Source of the DNA: an uncultured Pseudomonadota bacterium
Lineage (GTDB): Bacteria > Myxococcota_A > Polyangia > Fen-1088
NCBI GenBank assembly: GCA_963847705.1
Contig: CAWKBC010000047.1
Span: 192,626-256,625, forward strand
Direction of reading: 5' to 3'
Length of the DNA: 64,000 bases
Within the stretch, counting starts at the first letter, position 1, and the number at the start of each line of letters is the position of its first letter. The notes beneath the pieces are model-generated. The model searched no databases and was not told where the DNA came from. It saw only the letters and a program-made list of their open reading frames with translations. This document shows, piece by piece, positions 50,901 through 61,854 of the stretch. Both the position numbers and the translations under genes were made by a program.

Positions 50901-53900
50901 GGGGTTCGGCCCCAACACCAACGTTCCGCTGATGAAGCAGATCGCCAGCTCGACGAACGACTACTTCTATGCGCCGACGACAGGGGAGCTGGGCTGGGCG
51001 CTCAGGAACATCGTGGGCGACGCCTGCCGGACGATTCCGCCGCTGGTGAGCGGCGGCGGGAACCAGGGGATCTACAGCGCGCGCCTGCCGGACAGTCTCA
51101 CGCTGAACGGCGAGATTCACGGCAGCGGACCGCAGGGGGACTTCGGTTTGATTGCGAGCTGGAGCGAGGTGAGCGGCCCTGGGCCCGTCACCTTCGTCGA
51201 CCCCAGCTCGCCGACGACGTCGGTGGTCTTCTCCGATCCCGGCACCTACGTCTTGAAGCTGGAAGTGAGCGACGGCCAGACGACCACCGCCCAACTCGTG
51301 ACCATCACCGTCGATCCGGCGCCGTCCCTGACGGGCGCCAGCCTGGTCCTCGCCCCGTCGTCACCGGGCCCCCTGACCATCGGGACGCCGGAAACGGTGA
51401 CGGCGACTCTGATCGACGCGCAGAGCCACCCGATCGGCAACTTCGTCGTCCAGGTGGCGGTGACGGGTGCGAATCCGACCGTGGCGACCCTGTCCACCAA
51501 CGCGGCCGGCGTGGCGACCTTCACCTACGCAGGAGCGATGGTCGGTACTGACACCGTGCAGGCGACGGCGATCGGCGGGACAGCCCAGCTTCAGTCGACG
51601 CCGGTGTCCATCGTCTGGACGGGCGTGCCGCCGGTCGGCAGCGCCGCCGCTCAGGGATGGATCGGCTCGCCCGCGACGCAGACGACGGTCATGGGCTTGG
51701 TGCCGATCAAGGTGGCGTCGGGCGTGACGGTCACGTCAGGCACGCTCAGCTACTGGCCGTCGACCAAGCCGACGGACATGCACGTCCTGACCACGACTGC
51801 GGCTGGAGGCCCGGGCGCCACGCTGGCGACGCTGGACACGACGGTGCTGTCGAACGGCACCTACATCATCGACCTCGACGGCACCGACGATCACGGCAAC
51901 CAGCAGGACAGCGAAGTCCTGGTGACCGTGGCCGGCGACTACAAGCCTGGCCGCGTCGTCGTCGACGTCCCCGAGTTCACGATCCCGGTGGCCGGGATTC
52001 CGATCTCGATCGGGCGACGCTACGACAGCCTCGAGCGCGAGAAGGTCGGCGACTTCGGCAACGGCTGGTCACTGCAGGTCGGCCATCCGGACCTGCAGGT
52101 CGACCAGGGGAACAACGTCACCATCACGATGCCCAACGGCCGCCGGGCGACGTTCCAATTCGAAATCCAGCCTGAGGCGGTCGGCGCGATCGTGCTCGGG
52201 TTCATCGCCCAGCCGATTTACGTTCCTGAGCCAGGCGTCTTCGGCACGCTGACCTCCGATGGGTGCAACCTGCTGGCGTTCGATCCGAGCAACCCCAATC
52301 CGATCTGCTTCGCCAGCCTCTTCGACCCCGACACCCTCAACTACGCGCCGACGACGTACAAATACACCGATCCCTACGGCGTGGTGTACACGATGGGCGT
52401 CGACGGGACGCTGCAGTCGATCCAGGACCGCAACAACAACGTCCTCACCTTCACCGCCGACGGGATCACCAGCCCCGTCAGCGGACAGACCGTGTCCTTT
52501 ACCCGAGATGTGCAGGGGCGAATCACGGCGATCGTGACGCCGCCGGTTGAGACCGTCTTCAACACGCGTTACGAATACGACTACGCGTACGACCCGAGCG
52601 GAAATCTCGTCTCGGACACGCGACCGGCCATCATCGGTGGCACGAACGCCCTGACGTACACGTACGACGGTGATCACCGCCTGTTGACGTCGGTCGACCC
52701 AACGGGCCACGCGGCGCGAACGTCGACGTACGACGACACCGGGCGGCTGGCGACGGACACGGACGCGCTGGGGAACGTGACGAGGTATGCCTACGACCTT
52801 TCGGGCCATGTCACGACGACCACCTTCCCTGACAGCGGTGTCTTGGCCCAGACTTTCGACGACCAGGGGTTGTTGCTGTCACAGACGGACCAACTCGGGC
52901 GGACGACGCAGCACCAGTACGACGCGAACCGGAACGAGGTGAAACGCACGAACGCGCTGAGCGAGGTGACGACCTACACCTACGATGCGAACGGGAACCA
53001 GACCTCCAGCACGAACGCGCTGGGCGAAGTGACGGCGACTACCTACAATGCGTTTTCTGAGCCGCTGACGACCACGAACCCCATCGGCAACACGACCACC
53101 ATTGCCTACGATGGCCAAGGGCTGCCGACCAGCTTCACCGACAGCATGGGCCCGCTGGCGACGTTCACGTCGGCGGAGCATGGGCAGCCGATCACCGTGA
53201 CGGATGCCGCGGGGAACACCGTGTATCTCGGCTACGACGTTTCCGGCGACCTGACGGCGCGTACAGACCGCCTGGGACGGGCGACCCTGTACTCATTCGA
53301 CGGGATTGGACGAAAGGTCTCCATGACGACGCCACTTGCCGTGGCTACTACTGGCGCCAAGTGGACGTACGACTACGACCAGCGCAATGAGTTGGCCGAC
53401 GCCACTGATCCGATCAACAGCATCTTCGGGACCCATCGGTACCTCTACGACGAGAACGGAAATACCGTGGGCGACTATTTTCCGTTCTCCGGCAACAGCT
53501 TCAACTACACCTACGACCCCCTGAATCACCTGACTCTGACGCAGTATGGGGATGGGTCGACGACGCAATACACGCGAGACTTTCGAGGGAACGCGCTCAC
53601 GCAGACCGATGAGGTCGGCAACCTCACGAGCTACACGTACGATCTGGCCGGTCAGCTCGTGCAGACGATATATGCGGACGGAACGTCTATTTCTCAGGGG
53701 TACGATTCCCTCGGACGTCTCACGTCGAAGACCGACGAGCGCGGCGGGACGACGACGTACGCCTACGAGCCGGGCTGCGATTGCACCGACCGGATGACGA
53801 GCGTGACGGACCCCCTCGGGCGCACGACGTCGATGACCTACGACGGCATGAGCCGGAAGACGTCGACGACCGATGCCTCAAGCCATCAGACGTTCTACGT

Positions 53901-55827
53901 CTACGACCTACGGGGGCATCTGATTGAGACCGACTACGCGGACGGCACGGCGACGCACGACACGTACGATGCTTTGGGGCGCCGGACTGCGAGCAAGGAT
54001 CAGACTGGCGCGACGACGCACTACGGATACGACGCCGAAGGCCAGCTCATCTCGGTCACCGATCCGCTCGCCAACCTGACGCAGTATGCCTATGACGCCG
54101 ACGGTAACCTGAGCTCGTTGACCGACGCCAACGGGCACGTCACGACGTACGCCTACGACCTTCTCGACGAGAAGACGCAGCGGACGTTGCCGCTCGGAAT
54201 GTCGGAGACCTTTACCTACGACCCATTGGGCGAGCAACGCACGCACACCGATTTCCGCGGCAAGACCACGACCATGACGTACGATCCGCGGAAGCGACTC
54301 CTCAGCAAGGTCCCGGACCCCAGCCTGAACGAGCCGACGGTGAGCTACGCGTACAACCTTGATGGCACGCGCACGCAGATGAAGGACGCAAGCGGCACGA
54401 CGACCTACGGTTACGACAACCGGAGCCGACTCCTCACGAAGGCGACACCCGAGGGGACTCTGACGTACACTTATGACGCGAGCGGCAACGTGGCGAGCAT
54501 CGACTCCTCGAACACGAACGGCACATCTGTGGCGTACGCCTGGGACCCGGCGAATCAGCTGGTCTCGGTGACCGACAACCGGCTCGGCGGCATGTCCACT
54601 GCGGCATATACGGCGACCGGGCGGCCAGCGAGTCTGGCGCAACCGAACGGCGTGAACGCGACTTATGGCTACGATTCGCTCGACCAGGTGACGTCGATGG
54701 CTTGGAAGAAGGGAGCGGCGGCTACCCTAGCAAGCTGGACTTACGCTTATAGCCCACGCGGCCAGCGTCTGACGTCGACCGACGTGACTGGTCGTGAGGC
54801 AACGTACGGCTACGACACGGCCTCCCGGCTGACGAGCGAAACGATCACGGGCGACCCAAGCGGCGAGATCGGCAACGGCGCGCTCACGTACTCCATCGAC
54901 CCATTTGGGAACCGCCTTAGCCGTGCGTCCACACTTGCTGCGCTCACCCCGCAGTCGTTCGGGTACGACGCAAACGACGAACTGACGAGTGACATCCACG
55001 ACCAGAACGGCAACACTACCGCCTCTGGCGGTCATACTTACGGGTACGATTTCGAGAATCGCCTCGTCTCCAGGGACGGTGGTTCCGTTACGATCCTTTA
55101 CGACGGCGACGGGAACCGGGTCACGAAGGCCGTCGGTGCGGTGACTACGAAGTACCTCGTCGACGAACTAAACCCGACGGGGTACCTGCAGGTTATGGAC
55201 GAGGTCTCGGGAGGATCGGTGCAGGTCCGGTACACGTTCGGGAACATGCTCGTCAGTCAGACACGAGACCCTAGCACCACGTCGGCAACGAGCTTCTACG
55301 GATACGACGCCCACCGAAGCATCGCATTCCTGACCGACGCGACCGGGGCTGTCACCGACACGTACACGTACGACGCGTGGGGGATTCTGGTCGCGCAGAC
55401 CGGAGCGACGGCCAACTCGAGGCTCTACGCGGGCGAGGAATTCGATTCGGACCTCGGGCTCATCAACATGCGGGCGCGTCAGTACAAGGCGAGTACCGCG
55501 CGGTTTGTATCCGCAGACTCTCTGTTTGGAAACCGGGACCTGCCCCTCAGTCTGAACCGATATCTCTATGCGAATGGGGATCCGATTGATGGGCTTGACC
55601 CGAGCGGACACCTCGATGCTGAGGAAAATGCCGTCATACTAGGCGGAATAGCAGTTGGGGTAGCAGCGACGATAATCATCCAGGGTAAGCCCGTTGATTA
55701 TTGTTTAGTAGGAGCAGGAGGGGCCGGAGCTTATATGGCCGCCGTAGTGGCGTCAGGACCGGTGGGTCTGGCGATTACTGCAGCATTCGCGACAATCTGT
55801 CTGATGAACACTCTTCCTTCCAAGTAG
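44999..55827 (+). CDS. Giant RHS/YD-repeat polymorphic toxin-like protein, split by a 1-nt frameshift at 45907-45910
   Basis: ORF 44999-46003 (lipobox IAAC ... LDPRWTTTGSM) joins ORF 45382-55827 at VARFEHT. Then Kelch repeats, Cys repeats, Ig/Big-1, vWA (DGSPS, LSDG), PKD-like, RRYDS, YD repeats and NRYLYANGDPIDGLDPSG. Confidence 0.88.
47776..48996 (+). repeat. Intragenic 162-bp (54-aa) Cys-rich tandem repeat, 7 full copies plus a partial
   Basis: NGTTCSDGNACTTGDSCQSGTCTGTAVTCTAQDQCHSAGTCNQSTGVCSNPVLA, with mostly synonymous variation. Confidence 0.95.
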
Positions 55828-55866
55828 GAACTTAGCGCGCGCTTCCGTGCAAGTAATTACATCGAC

Positions 55867-56424
55867 GTGGCGCGTAGAGAGGCAATTCATGCGATTGCTG
55901 TCGGCTTGCGGAGCATAATGGGAACACAAAGCCTGTCCATAGAGGGCACCGCTGCCCTTACGGAACTTGACGTGACGCAGGCGCAAGTCGAGCGCGCTTC
56001 GCGGTCTCCGCTCATGACCGTCGGGATATTAGGCGGTGTGATGCTTCTGCAAGCCGCCAGGCGTGCAAGCTTGGAGGCAGCTGTCATCTCATTGATAGTG
56101 ATGGGGTTTGGCGGTCTCGTTCTCGTTCATCAGGTCCCGCGCATCATAGCGCGTCGGCTCTACCGACGCCTTGTCAGCACCGGGGAGAACCTTTGGGCCT
56201 ATCGTTTCGACGATGAGGGGGTAACGATACGAGGTCCCGGAATGGTTGTTGGGTTCGGTTACGGTCACATGTCTCGCGTGCGCGAAAATGAGAGATCTTT
56301 GCAAATTCGGACGATCTTCTCTTCGGACCTGTGGATAGTTCCCAAACGGGCGTTCTCCGCCGACGATCTGTCGCGGATCCGCGTGCTGCTAAAAACTGCT
56401 GTTGGGACCCGCTCAATCTCCTAG
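55867..56424 (+). CDS. YcxB-like membrane protein, candidate immunity protein
   Basis: Two TM helices then YRFDDEGVTI...IVPKRAFS; lower GC; directly after the RHS tip. Start may be ATG 55918. Confidence 0.65.
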   Translation: MARREAIHAIAVGLRSIMGTQSLSIEGTAALTELDVTQAQVERASRSPLMTVGILGGVMLLQAARRASLEAAVISLIVMGFGGLVLVHQVPRIIARRLYRRLVSTGENLWAYRFDDEGVTIRGPGMVVGFGYGHMSRVRENERSLQIRTIFSSDLWIVPKRAFSADDLSRIRVLLKTAVGTRSIS

Positions 56425-56588
56425 AGATGTAGGGGTGCAGATCTGGTCGGTATGCCGGTCTGCGAAGGGAAACCGCGTTGCCTGAAGAATCCGGCGGCGG
56501 CCCTCTTGCTGGTCAGCTCGCTCCGCCAATGCTGGTCGACGAGGCCGACCATCACCTCGAAGCGTTAACTGCCGCGAATCGTCGCCGG

Positions 56589-56960
56589 TCAACTCGCCCG
56601 CCTCTCCTGCTGGGCGACGAAGGCCTCGACGATCTCGATGATCTTGTCCTGCTGACGGCGAGGCAGCTGGGCGACCTTCTGGAAGGCCTTCTGAGCGCGC
56701 CCGACGGAGCCGCGCTGGTGGGTGGGCGCAAGCTCGCCGTCGGGGGTGAGGAGGGTCTCGACGCTGACGCCGAGGACGCTGGCGAGCCTGGGAATGACAT
56801 CGGAGCGCGGCGGTTTGTCGGCCTGCTCCCAGTAGGCGATGTTTCGCTGGGACTCGCCGACAACGTCGGCGAGCTCGGTCTGGGTGAGGCCGGCGGCGCG
56901 CCGTAGCGCAGCCAAGCGCGCACCCTGACGCGGTCGCGGCTTGGAGAGCTTCCTGGGCAT
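56589..56960 (-). CDS. XRE-family HTH repressor
   Basis: LRRAAGLTQTELADVVGESQRNIAYWE...LASVLGVSVETLL. Confidence 0.9.
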   Translation of the reverse strand: MPRKLSKPRPRQGARLAALRRAAGLTQTELADVVGESQRNIAYWEQADKPPRSDVIPRLASVLGVSVETLLTPDGELAPTHQRGSVGRAQKAFQKVAQLPRRQQDKIIEIVEAFVAQQERRAS

Positions 56961-57020
56961 GGAGGAAGCGTAAGGCCAGGTCTCGTGGGAAGGGCCGAGG
57001 GGTGGAGATTGCTCTTGCAT

Positions 57021-57042
57021 GATTAGAAGTATACTTCTAATC
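57021..57042. promoter_or_regulatory. Perfect 22-bp palindrome, putative XRE operator
   Basis: GATTAGAAGTA|TACTTCTAATC between the divergent xre and primase genes. Confidence 0.75.
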
Positions 57043-57109
57043 TGCGTGCAGCGATGAGAAGTCGATACATCGGCCGATTTTTCCTTGACAGCTTTTGACG
57101 GAGGACGCG

Positions 57110-60085
57110 ATGGCCCGAGTCCCTGACAGCGAGCTCGAGCGCCTCAAGAGGGAGGTGTCGGTGGCGGGCCTGGCGGAGGCGCGGGGCATCGCGCTTGCGC
57201 GGCACGGCGCCGACTTGCACGGACTCTGCCCCTTCCACGAGGACAAGAATCCGTCGCTGGTCATCAGCCCCGAGCGAAACCTGTGGCACTGTCTCGGAGC
57301 GTGCCAGGCGGGTGGGTCCGTCATCGATTGGGTGATGAAGTCCGAGGGGGTCTCGTTTCGACACGCCGTCGAGCTGCTGCGCGCGGACGCGCCGCTCTCG
57401 ACGGCAACGAAGCCGGTGAAGGTGTCGACGGTGCGGCGGCTGCCGGCGCCGGTGAGCGCGGAAGCGGATGACCGCGCGGCGCTCGCGCAGGTAGCGGACT
57501 ACTACCACGCGATGCTGAAGGAGAGCCCAGAGGCGCTGGCGTATCTCGGGAGTCGTGGGCTGGTGTCGTCGGAAATGGTGGAGCGCTTCCGGCTCGGGTA
57601 CGCGAACCGAACCCTCGGCCTGCGGCTGCCGGAGCGGAATCGGAAGGCGGGCGAGGAGCTGCGCGGCCGTCTCGAGCGGCTCGGCGTGCTGCGCGAGAGC
57701 GGACACGAGCACCTGGCCGGCTCCCTCGTCGTGCCGCTCCTCGACGAGGCGGGCGGCGTGGTGGGGATGTACGGTCGGAAGATCCGGAGCGACCTCAAGG
57801 CGGGGACGCCGCTGCACCTGTACCTGCCGGGTCCGCACCGCGGCGTCTTCAACCTGGACGCCCTCCGCGCGTCGAAGACGGTGATTCTCTGCGAGGCGCT
57901 GATCGACGCTCTCACCTTTTGGTGCGCGGGCTTCCGGAACGTGACCTCCGCCTACGGCATCGAGGGCTTCACGCCCGAGATCCTCGAGTCCTTCAAGCGC
58001 CACAACATCGAGGAGGCGCTGATCGCCTTCGACCGCGACGAAGCTGGCGACCGCGGCGCCGAGAAGGTGGCGGCGGCGCTCATCGAGGCGGGCGTCACCT
58101 GCCGGCGGGTGGAATTTCCGAAGGGGATGGACGCGAACGAATACGCGCTTCGAATGAAGCCGGCGGCGAAGGCCTTCGAGGTGGCGCTGGCGGGCGCGAA
58201 GCTGCTGGGACACGGCAAGGGACGAACGGCGAGCACGTCGCCGACGCCGAGGCTACTGCCCTCATCGGTCACGTCGCCATCACCCGCCCCGTCATCGCCA
58301 CCGCCGGCGTCGCCAGCACCGGCATCGCTGTCACCCGCCGCCGAGGTCGAGGGCGACGAGGTGCGCTTTGCTTTCGGCGATCGGCGTTACCGCGTGCGCG
58401 GCCTCGCGCGAAACACGAGCTTCGACAGCCTGCGCGTAAACCTCCTCGCCGGCCGGAGCGAGCGCTTCCACGTCGACACGCTGGACATCTACAGCGCGCG
58501 GCAGCGCGCGGCGTACGTGAAGCAGGCGACGGAGGAACTCGGCGCCCAGGAGGACGTGATCAAGGCCGACGTGGGCAAGGTGCTGCTCAAGCTGGAGGAG
58601 CTGCAGGACGCGAGCGCGCGCGAGGCGTGCAAGCCAAAGACGGCGGTGCCGGCGCTGACCGACGCGGAGACGAGCGCGGCGCTGGCGCTGCTGAAAGATC
58701 CGCACCTGCTCGATCGCATCGTGGCGGACTTCGAGCGGTGCGGCGTCGTCGGTGAGGAGACAAATAAGCTGGTCGGCTACGTCGCCGCCATCTCGCGGAA
58801 ACTCGACGAGCCGCTGGCGGTGATCATCCAGAGCTCGACGGCGGCGGGGAAGTCGTCGCTGATGGAGGCGGTGCTGGCGTTTGTGCCGGAGGAGGAGCGG
58901 GTGAAGTACTCGGCGATGACGGGGCAGTCGCTCTTCTACATGGGGGAGACGGAGCTGGCCCACAAGGTGCTGGCGATCGTCGAGGAAGAGGGAGCTGCGC
59001 GGGCGTCGTACGCGCTGAAGATCTTGCAGAGCGAGGGGGAGCTGCAGATCGCGTCGACGGGGAAAGATCCGGAGACGGGAAAGCTGGTGACGCACGAGTA
59101 CCGGGTGGAGGGGCCGGTGATGATCTTTCTGACGACGACGGCGATGGAGATCGACGAGGAGCTTTTGAACCGATGCCTGGTGCTGACGGTGGACGAGGAC
59201 CGTGGGCAGACGCAGGCGATCCACGAGCGGCAGCGGGCGGCGCGGGAGCTTGCGGGGCGGCTGGCGAGGAAGAGCCGAGACGGCATCCTGGCGCTGCACC
59301 GAAACGCGCAGCGCCTGCTGCGCCCGCTGCTCGTCGTGAACCCCTACGCGCGTCGTCTCAGCTTTCCAGATCACCGGACGCGGACGCGGCGGGATCACGT
59401 GAAGTATCTGACGCTGATCGAGACGGTGGCGCTTCTGCACCAGCACCAGCGGGCGGTGAAGACGGTGGAGCACGAGGGGAAGCTGGTGGAGTACATCGAG
59501 GTGACGCTCGACGACGTGGCGGTGGCAAATCGCCTGGCGCACCAGGTGCTGGGGCGGTCGCTGGACGAGCTGTCACCCCAGACGCGGCGGATGCTGACGC
59601 TGCTCGACGGGATGGTGGCGGCGGCGTGTGAGCGGCTGGCGATGTCGCGGAAGGATTTTCACTTTAGCCGCAAGGAGGTGCGAGCGGCGACGGGGTGGAC
59701 GGACTTCCAGGTGCGGACGCACCTCGAGAAGCTGGTGGCGCTCGAGTACGTGCTCGTGCACCGCGGCGCTCGCGGGCAGAGCTTCGTGTACGAGCTCTGC
59801 TACGACGGCAAGGGGCAAGACGGCGCGCCCTTCGTGATGGGCCTGGTCGAGGCCGCGACGCTGGCGGGCACGCGTACGACGCCGACATCGAGCATCGAAA
59901 ACGGTCGGTTCGAGGGTGGGTCGAGCCGTCAACGAGCATCCAACGAGCCCCCATCGAGGGCGGGCCTTTCGGGCGAAAACGCTGGTGAAGACGCGGGCGT
60001 CGCGCGCTCTCGGCCGCCGAGGGCGAAAACCACGCACGAGGGGCGCGGAGCCAACGGCCGGTCGTATGCGCACTCGGTGGCGTGA
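57110..60085 (+). CDS. CHC2 zinc finger/TOPRIM primase fused to a P-loop NTPase (primase-helicase)
   Basis: CPFH...WHCLGAC; CEALIDAL and FDRDEAG; Pro/Ser linker; SSTAAGKS, IVEEE, DEELLNR; wHTH-like C-terminus. Confidence 0.9.
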   Translation: MARVPDSELERLKREVSVAGLAEARGIALARHGADLHGLCPFHEDKNPSLVISPERNLWHCLGACQAGGSVIDWVMKSEGVSFRHAVELLRADAPLSTATKPVKVSTVRRLPAPVSAEADDRAALAQVADYYHAMLKESPEALAYLGSRGLVSSEMVERFRLGYANRTLGLRLPERNRKAGEELRGRLERLGVLRESGHEHLAGSLVVPLLDEAGGVVGMYGRKIRSDLKAGTPLHLYLPGPHRGVFNLDALRASKTVILCEALIDALTFWCAGFRNVTSAYGIEGFTPEILESFKRHNIEEALIAFDRDEAGDRGAEKVAAALIEAGVTCRRVEFPKGMDANEYALRMKPAAKAFEVALAGAKLLGHGKGRTASTSPTPRLLPSSVTSPSPAPSSPPPASPAPASLSPAAEVEGDEVRFAFGDRRYRVRGLARNTSFDSLRVNLLAGRSERFHVDTLDIYSARQRAAYVKQATEELGAQEDVIKADVGKVLLKLEELQDASAREACKPKTAVPALTDAETSAALALLKDPHLLDRIVADFERCGVVGEETNKLVGYVAAISRKLDEPLAVIIQSSTAAGKSSLMEAVLAFVPEEERVKYSAMTGQSLFYMGETELAHKVLAIVEEEGAARASYALKILQSEGELQIASTGKDPETGKLVTHEYRVEGPVMIFLTTTAMEIDEELLNRCLVLTVDEDRGQTQAIHERQRAARELAGRLARKSRDGILALHRNAQRLLRPLLVVNPYARRLSFPDHRTRTRRDHVKYLTLIETVALLHQHQRAVKTVEHEGKLVEYIEVTLDDVAVANRLAHQVLGRSLDELSPQTRRMLTLLDGMVAAACERLAMSRKDFHFSRKEVRAATGWTDFQVRTHLEKLVALEYVLVHRGARGQSFVYELCYDGKGQDGAPFVMGLVEAATLAGTRTTPTSSIENGRFEGGSSRQRASNEPPSRAGLSGENAGEDAGVARSRPPRAKTTHEGRGANGRSYAHSVA

Positions 60086-61200
60086 TGGCAGCGCGCGGGG
60101 AGCGGAAGCCGAAGCGCCCCATCGGCAACCTGGCCGACGCGAACGGCATGGGGCGGGCGGTGGCGGATCACCTGGGGTGGCGGCAGACGAAGGGGCAGAG
60201 CGAGAGCACGGTGACGGGGGCGCGGCAGCTGCTCGGGTACTTTGTGGCGTGGTGCGAGGAGCGCGGCATCACTAAGCCGGTGGAGGTGACGCGGGAGACG
60301 ATCGAGCGGTACCAGAAGTGGCTCCATGCGTACCGGCAGGCGAAGAGCGACAGGCCGCTGACGTTTACGAGCCAGAGCAAGCGCGCGGGGATCGTGCTGG
60401 AGCTTTTCCGATGGCTGTCGCGGGCGCACCGGATCCTGGTGAACCCCGGTGCGGACATCGAGCTGCCGAAGGTGGAGAAGCGGCTGCCGGACGTGCTGAC
60501 GGTGGCGGAGGTAGAGCGGATCCTCGGGGCGGTCGACGTGACGACGGCGCTCGGGGTGCGGGATCGGGCGATTCTCGAGACGCTGTACTCGACGGGGATG
60601 CGGCGGATGGAGCTGTGCGCGCTGTCGCTGCACGACGTGGACCTGGAGCAAGGGATCGTGAAGGTCCGGCAGGGCAAGGGGAGCAAGGACCGGGTGATCC
60701 CGATCGGCGCGCGGGCCGTCGCGTGGATCGAAAAGTATCTGGCCGAGGTGCGGCCGGGGCTGGTCGTCGATTCGGCGGAGCGGGCGCTTTTCCTGACGAT
60801 GTTTGGGGCGCCCTTCAGCAAGAGCCACGTGACGACGGCGGCGCGGGCGTACAAGGTGCTGGCGGGGGTGGAGAAGAGAGGGTCGTGCCACATCTTTCGG
60901 CACACGGCGGCGACGCAGATGCTCGAGAACGGAGCCGACACACGCTACGTGCAGGCGCTGCTCGGGCACGAGGCGCTGTCGACGACGCAGATCTACACGA
61001 AGGTGGCGATCCGAAAGCTCAAGGAGGTGCACACGGCCACGCACCCGTCAGCGCGTCTCGGCAAGCATGGCGGCGCTACAGCGGCCGCCAGCGCCGACGA
61101 CGAGGACGAAGCGACGCCAGCGACGCCGAACGGCCCCATGAGCCCCGGCCAGGCGACGAGATGGCTGCGGCGATATCGAGCCGCGACCGGCCCCACCTAG
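60082..61200 (+). CDS. Xer-type tyrosine recombinase
   Basis: Complete catalytic set: STGMR, GKGSK, HIFRH, LGH, TQIY; GTGA-coupled to the primase. Confidence 0.92.
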   Translation: MMAARGERKPKRPIGNLADANGMGRAVADHLGWRQTKGQSESTVTGARQLLGYFVAWCEERGITKPVEVTRETIERYQKWLHAYRQAKSDRPLTFTSQSKRAGIVLELFRWLSRAHRILVNPGADIELPKVEKRLPDVLTVAEVERILGAVDVTTALGVRDRAILETLYSTGMRRMELCALSLHDVDLEQGIVKVRQGKGSKDRVIPIGARAVAWIEKYLAEVRPGLVVDSAERALFLTMFGAPFSKSHVTTAARAYKVLAGVEKRGSCHIFRHTAATQMLENGADTRYVQALLGHEALSTTQIYTKVAIRKLKEVHTATHPSARLGKHGGATAAASADDEDEATPATPNGPMSPGQATRWLRRYRAATGPT

Positions 61201-61419
61201 ACGGCACGTCGCCCCGCCGGTGACCACGCCGTCGGCCGGCTCGCTTTCCTACCGCCCGTTTCGAGGGCTGCGAGTGATTTCCCGTCGGAGAATCGCTTCG
61301 GCGCGCGGTCCGAACGGCGAGAAGTATCACTAAAACACGAAGGAGACCGGGCGGTTAGGTGTGCTCACGTATCAGCGACGATCGGAGAGGTATCACCTTT
61401 TCCTTTTTCATTTGGCCTA

Positions 61420-61438
61420 GATACGCGGAACGCGTATC
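61420..61438. other. Hairpin upstream of the mobC-like gene
   Basis: GATACGCG-gaa-CGCGTATC in an AT-richer intergenic region. Confidence 0.55.
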
Positions 61439-61570
61439 AGGCCCTTTATCTTGCCTTCATGCCCGACCTCCTATGAAAGCAACTTTCGTGAGCATCGAGG
61501 AAGCATCGACGTCTACAATCGCGACGAGCTTCGTCAGCAGAATCGTGGGCCGAGAGTGGAGGAAGAGTCG

Positions 61571-61827
61571 ATGCGAACGCGGTACACCGTCGGGCAGATC
61601 GAGGTGGTGCGGCAGGCGCTGAGGAAGGTGCGGCCGACGGATCGAAAGCTGCGGCAGATGAGCAAGCAGTCAGCGATCGCGGCGCTGGGGGGGAGATCCG
61701 TCAGATGCGGCGGAAGGGTCACACGCTGGCCGACGTCGCGGCCTTCCTGTCGGAGAAGGGTGTGGAGGTCACGACGGACACGCTGAAGAACTACCTCTAT
61801 CGTCTCAAGAAGAGAGAGCGGCCGTAG
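61571..61827 (+). pseudogene. MobC-like mobilization accessory protein, frameshifted in a G7 run
   Basis: MRTRYTVGQIE...SKQSAIAALGG, then in another frame EIRQMRRKGHTLADVAAFLSEKGVEVTTDTLKNYL; G7 at 61687-61693. Confidence 0.6.
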
Positions 61828-61854
61828 CCGGCGATGTCAGCGGGGGCCGGCGCC

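Noticed and set aside
44999-55827. T6SS effector or DGR target
   Set aside because: No PAAR, VgrG or EagR motifs, no reverse transcriptase, and no template/variable repeat pair were seen.
56589-61200. Prophage, or housekeeping dnaG/xerCD
   Set aside because: No structural or lysis genes; the primase is fused to an NTPase and sits in an island rather than the usual dnaG-rpoD context.
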